Source of the DNA: Auanema rhodensis
Taxonomy: Eukaryota; Animalia; Nematoda
DNA: 64,000 bases
Direction: 5' to 3'
NCBI GenBank assembly: GCA_964057225.1
Contig: OZ059894.1
Location: forward strand, 24,552,001 to 24,616,000
Part shown: positions 59,301 to 64,000 of the stretch, in pieces
Numbering within the stretch: the first letter of the stretch is position 1
Layout: each line of letters starts with the position of its first letter
Program-made: the position numbers and the translations under genes
Notes under the pieces: model-generated
The model's database searches: none
What the model was told of the DNA's origin: nothing
What the model saw: only the letters and a program-made list of their open reading frames with translations

Positions 59301-62300
59301 GTGAACTTTAATTTATGCTAATTAAATGTACACGTGATGTGCACTTGGTATGTAACTCGCTTCACGTGAAAGATAAAGAGATGCGGTTTTCAAAATTAGA
59401 TTCCCCATGTCCATATTAGTCTAAAAACAAATTTTTATTGATATTGGTGCATGGTAACCATGACTTTGAAATTTACGTGAACTTTAATTTATGCTAATTA
59501 AATGTACACGTGATGTGCCCTTGGTATGTAACTCGCTTCACGTGAAAGATAAAGAGATGCGGTTTTCAAAATGAGATTCCTCATGTCCATATTAGTCTAA
59601 AAACAAATTTTTAGTGATATTGGTGCATGGTAACCATGACTTTGAAATTTACGTGAACTTTAATTTATGCTAATTAAATGTACACGTGATGTGCACTTGG
59701 TATGTAACTCGCTTCACGTGAAAGATAAAGAGATGCGGTTTTCAAAATTAGATTCCCCATGTCCATATTAGTCTAAAAACAAATTTTTATTGATATTGGT
59801 GCATGGTAACCATGACTTTGAAATTTACGTGAACTTTAATTTATGCTAATTAAATGTACACAAGATGTGCACTTGGTATGTAACTCGCTTCACGTGAAAG
59901 ATAAAGAGATGCGGTTTTCAAAATTAGATTCCCCATGTCCATATTAGTCTAAAAACAAATTTTTATTGATATTGGTGCATGGTAACCATGACTTTGAAAT
60001 TTACGTGAACTTTAATTTATGCTAATTAAATGTACACGTGATGTGCACTTGGTATGTAACTCGCTTCACGTGAAAGATAAAGAGATGCGGTTTTCAAAAT
60101 TAGATTCCCCATGTCCATATTAGTCTAAAAACAAATTTTTATTGATGTTGGTTCATGGTAACCATGACTTTGAAATTTACGTGAACTTTAATTTATGCTA
60201 ATTAAATGTACACGTGATGTGCACTTGGTATGTAACTCGCTTCACGTGAAAGATAAAGAGATGCGGTTTTCAAAATTAGATTCCCCATGTCCATATTAGT
60301 CTAAAAACAAATTTTTATTGATATTGGTGCATGGTAACCATGACTTTGAAATTTACGTGAACTTTAATTAATGCTAATTAAATGTACACGTGATGTGCAC
60401 TTGGTATGTAACTCGCTTCACTTGAAAGATAAAGAGATGCGGTTTTCAAAATTAGATTCCCCATGTCCATATTAGTCTAAAAACAAATTTTTATTGATAT
60501 TGGTTCATGGTAACCATGACTTTGAAATTTACGTGAACTTTAATTTATGCTAATTAAATGTACACGTGATGTGCACTTGGTATGTAACTCGCTTCACGTG
60601 AAAGATAAAGAGATGCGGTTTTCAAAATTAGATTCCCCATGTCCATATTAGTCTAAAAACAAATTTTTATTGATATTGGTGCATGGTAACCATGACTTTG
60701 AAATTTACGTGAACTTTAATTTATGCTAATTAAATGTACACGTGATGTGCACTTGGTATGTAACTCGCTTCACATGAAAGATAAAGAGATGCGGTTTTCA
60801 AAATTAGATTCCCCATGTCCATATTAGTCTAAAAACAAATTTTTATTGATATTGGTTCATGGTAACCATGACTTTGAAATTTACGTGAACTTTAATTTAT
60901 GCTAATTAAATGTACACGTGATGTGCACTTGGTATGTAACTCGCTTCACGTGAAAGATAAAGAGATGCGGTTTTCAAAATTAGATTCCCCATGTCCATAT
61001 TAGTCTAAAAACAAATTTTTATTGATATTGGTGCATGGTAACCATGACTTTGAAATTTACGTGAACTTTAATTTATGCTAATTAAATGTACACGTGATGT
61101 GCCCTTGGTATGTAACTCGCTTCACGTGAAAGATAAAGAGATGCGGTTTTCAAAATTAGATTCCCCATCTCCATATTAGTCTAAAAACAAATTTTTATTG
61201 ATATTGGTGCATGGTAACCATGACTTTGAAATTTACGTGAACTTTAATTTATGCTAATTAAATGTACACGTGATGTGCACTTGGTATGTAACTCGCTTCA
61301 CGTGAAAGATAAAGAGATGCGGTTTTCAAAATTAGATTCCCCATGTCCATATTAGTCTAAAAACAAATTTTTATTGATATTGGTTCATGGTAACCATGAC
61401 TTTGAAATTTACGTGAACTTTAATTTATGCTAATTAAATGTACACGCGATGTGCACTTGGTATGTAACTCGCTTCACGTGAAAGATAAAGAGATGCGGTT
61501 TTCAAAATTAGATTCCCCATGTCCATATTAGTCTAAAAACAAATTTTTATTGATATTGGTTCATGGTAACCATGACTTTGAAATTTACGTGAACTTTAAT
61601 TTATGCTAATTAAATGTACACGTGATGTGCACTTGGTATGTAACTCGCTTCACGTGAAAGATAAAGAGATGCGGTTTTCAAAATTAGATTCCCCATGTCC
61701 ATATTAGTCTAAAAACTAATTTTTATTGATATTGGTTTATGGTAACCATGACTTTGAAATTTACGTGAACTTTAATTTATGCTAATTAAATGTACACGTG
61801 ATGTGCACTTGGTATGTAACTCGCTTCACGTGAAAGATAAAGAGATGCGGTTTTCAAAATTAGATTCCCCATGTCCATATTAGTCTAAAAACAAATTTTT
61901 ATTGATATTGGTTCATGGTAACCATGACTTTGAAATTTACGTGAACTTTAATTTATGCTAATTAAATGTACACGTGATGTGCACTTGGTATGTAACTCGC
62001 TTCACGTGAAAGATAAAGAGATGCGGTTTTCAAAATTAGATTCCCCATGTCCATATTAGTCTAAAAACAAATTTTTATTGATATTGGTTCATGGTAACCA
62101 TGACTTTGAAATTTACGTGAACTTTAATTTATGCTAATTAAATGTACACGTGATGTGCACTTGGTATGTAACTCGCTTCACTTGAAAGATAAAGAGATGC
62201 GGTTTTCAAAATTAGATTCCCCATGTCCATATTAGTCTAAAAACAAATTTTTAACGATATTGGTTCATGGTAACCATGACTTTGAAATTTACGTGAACTT

Positions 62301-64000
62301 TAATTTATGCTAATTAAATGTACACGTGATGTGCACTTGGTATGTAACTCGCTTCACGTGAAAGATAAAGAGATGCGGTTTTCAAAATTAGATTCCCCAT
62401 GTCCATATTAGTCTAAAAACAAATTTTTACTGATATTGGTGCATGGTAACCATGACTTTGAAATTTACGTGAACTTTAATTTATGCTAATTAAATGTACA
62501 CGTGATGTGCTCTTGGTATGTAACTCGCTTCACGTGAAAGATAAAGAGATGCGGTTTTCAAAATTAGATTCCCCATGTCCATATTAGTCTAAAAACAAAT
62601 TTTTATTGATGTTGGTTCATGGTAACCATGACTTTGAAATTTACGTGAACTTTAATTTATGCTAATTAAATGTACACGTGATGTGCACTTGGTATGTAAC
62701 TCGCTTCACGTGAAAGATAAAGAGATGCGGTTTTCAAAATTAGATTCCCCATGTCCATATTAGTCTAAAAACAAATTTTTATTGATATTGGTTCTCGGTA
62801 ACCATGACTTTGAAATTTACGTGAACTTTAATTTATGCTAATTAAATGTACACGTGATGTGCACTTGGTATGTAACTCGCTTCACGTGAAAGATAAAGAG
62901 ATGCAGTTTTCAAAATTAGATTCCCCATCTCCATATTAGTCTAAAAACAAATTTTTATTGATATTGGTGCATGGTAACCATGACTTTGAAATTTACGTGA
63001 ACTTTAATTTATGCTAATTAAATGTACACGTGATGTGCACTTGGTATGTAACTCGCTTCACGTGAAAGATAAAGAGATGCGGTTTTCAAAATTAGATTCC
63101 CCATGTCCATATTAGTCTAAAAACAAATTTTTAACGATATTGGTTCATGGTAACCATGACTTTGAAATTTACGTGAACTTTAATTTATGCTAATTAAATG
63201 TACACGTGATGTGCACTTGGTATGTAACTCGCTTCACGTGAAAGATAAAGAGATGCGGTTTTCAAAATTAGATTCCCCATGTCCATATTAGTCTAAAAAC
63301 AAATTTTTATTGATATTGGTGCATGGTAACCATGACTTTGAAATTTACGTGAACTTTAATTTATGCTAATTAAATGTACACGTGATGTGCCCTTGGTATG
63401 TAACTCGCTTCACGTGAAAGATAAAGAGATGCGGTTTTCAAAATGAGATTCCTCATGTCCATATTAGTCTAAAAACAAATTTTTAGTGATATTGGTGCAT
63501 GGTAACCATGACTTTGAAATTTACGTGAACTTTAATTTATGCTAATTAAATGTACACGTGATGTGCACTTGGTATGTAACTCGCTTCACGTGAAAGATAA
63601 AGAGATGCGGTTTTCAAAATTAGATTCCCCATGTCCATATTAGTCTAAAAACAAATTTTTATTGATATTGGTGCATGGTAACCATGACTTTGAAATTTAC
63701 GTGAACTTTAATTTATGCTAATTAAATGTACACAAGATGTGCACTTGGTATGTAACTCGCTTCACGTGAAAGATAAAGAGATGCGGTTTTCAAAATTAGA
63801 TTCCCCATGTCCATATTAGTCTAAAAACAAATTTTTATTGATATTGGTGCATGGTAACCATGACTTTGAAATTTACGTGAACTTTAATTTATGCTAATTA
63901 AATGTACACGTGATGTGCACTTGGTATGTAACTCGCTTCACGTGAAAGATAAAGAGATGCGGTTTTCAAAATTAGATTCCCCATGTCCATATTAGTCTAA
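56329..64000 (+). repeat. Tandem duplication of a 22-monomer (3872-bp) block; second copy truncated by the window end
   Basis: TTAATTAATG at ~56498/60370, GCCCTTGG at 57231/61103, CACGCG at 57575/61447, GCAGTT at ~59033/62905, AATGAGA at ~59573/63445, CACAAG at ~59862/63734. All offsets are 3872. Confidence 0.88.

Larger units (their letters stand above)
1..64000. repeat. 176-bp tandem satellite DNA array (363 full monomers + 114-bp partial), single orientation; candidate centromeric/pericentromeric satellite
   Basis: ATTTATGCTA recurs at 1, 177, 353 and so on, with period 176 (881, 1761, 2641 ... 50161). After two 1-bp deletions the phase shifts by 2 and the last monomer starts at 63887. 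The consensus has 56/176 G+C. The repeat call is directly visible. The centromere role is inferred from size and homogeneity only. Confidence 0.98.

Noticed and set aside
1-64000. CRISPR array
   Set aside because: There are no unique spacers. The entire 176 bp repeats, and no cas genes or leader sequence are present.
1-64000. Protein-coding repeat gene or long ORF
   Set aside because: Multiple TAA/TGA/TAG triplets occur on both strands, and 176 is not a multiple of 3, so every stop enters every frame within three monomers.
1-64000. A single fixed-period higher-order repeat, or an encoded message in the SNP pattern
   Set aside because: Periods vary from 2 to 22 monomers and mostly occur as two copies. 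Nested duplication explains the pattern.
1-64000. Entire window being an artefactual concatemer (rolling-circle or assembly collapse)
   Set aside because: Hierarchically shared, regionally structured SNPs indicate real evolutionary history. Individual perfect duplications still need read validation.

Overview
The whole 64-kb window is one uninterrupted head-to-tail tandem array of an AT-rich (about 32% GC) 176-bp satellite monomer: 363 complete copies plus a 114-bp partial copy, all in the same orientation. Consensus, phased to position 1: ATTTATGCTAATTAAATGTACACGTGATGTGCACTTGGTATGTAACTCGCTTCACGTGAAAGATAAAGAGATGCGGTTTTCAAAATTAGATTCCCCATGTCCATATTAGTCTAAAAACAAATTTTTATTGATATTGGT(T/G)CATGGTAACCATGACTTTGAAATTTACGTGAACTTTA. 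Copies differ from it by only about 0-5 substitutions, and I found only two 1-bp indels. I see no genes, RNA genes, transposons, CRISPR spacers or unique sequence. Monomer length, homogeneity and array size fit a eukaryotic centromeric or pericentromeric satellite. This is an inference: I cannot assign the species or a named family. Two kinds of hidden structure are visible. (i) Inside the monomer there are three ACGTGA/E-box motifs 32-33 bp apart, several palindromes and a roughly 50-bp imperfect inverted repeat. (ii) Rare SNPs reveal nested block duplications of 2, 3, 5, 8, 10, 11, 15, 20 and 22 monomers, a roughly 12.7-kb segment re-copied and expanded to about 21 kb, and a switch in variant subfamily near 43.5 kb. 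All SNP tracing was done by eye, so breakpoints are approximate. I cannot support a new gene-encoded system here. The candidate novelty is the satellite itself and its expansion history.
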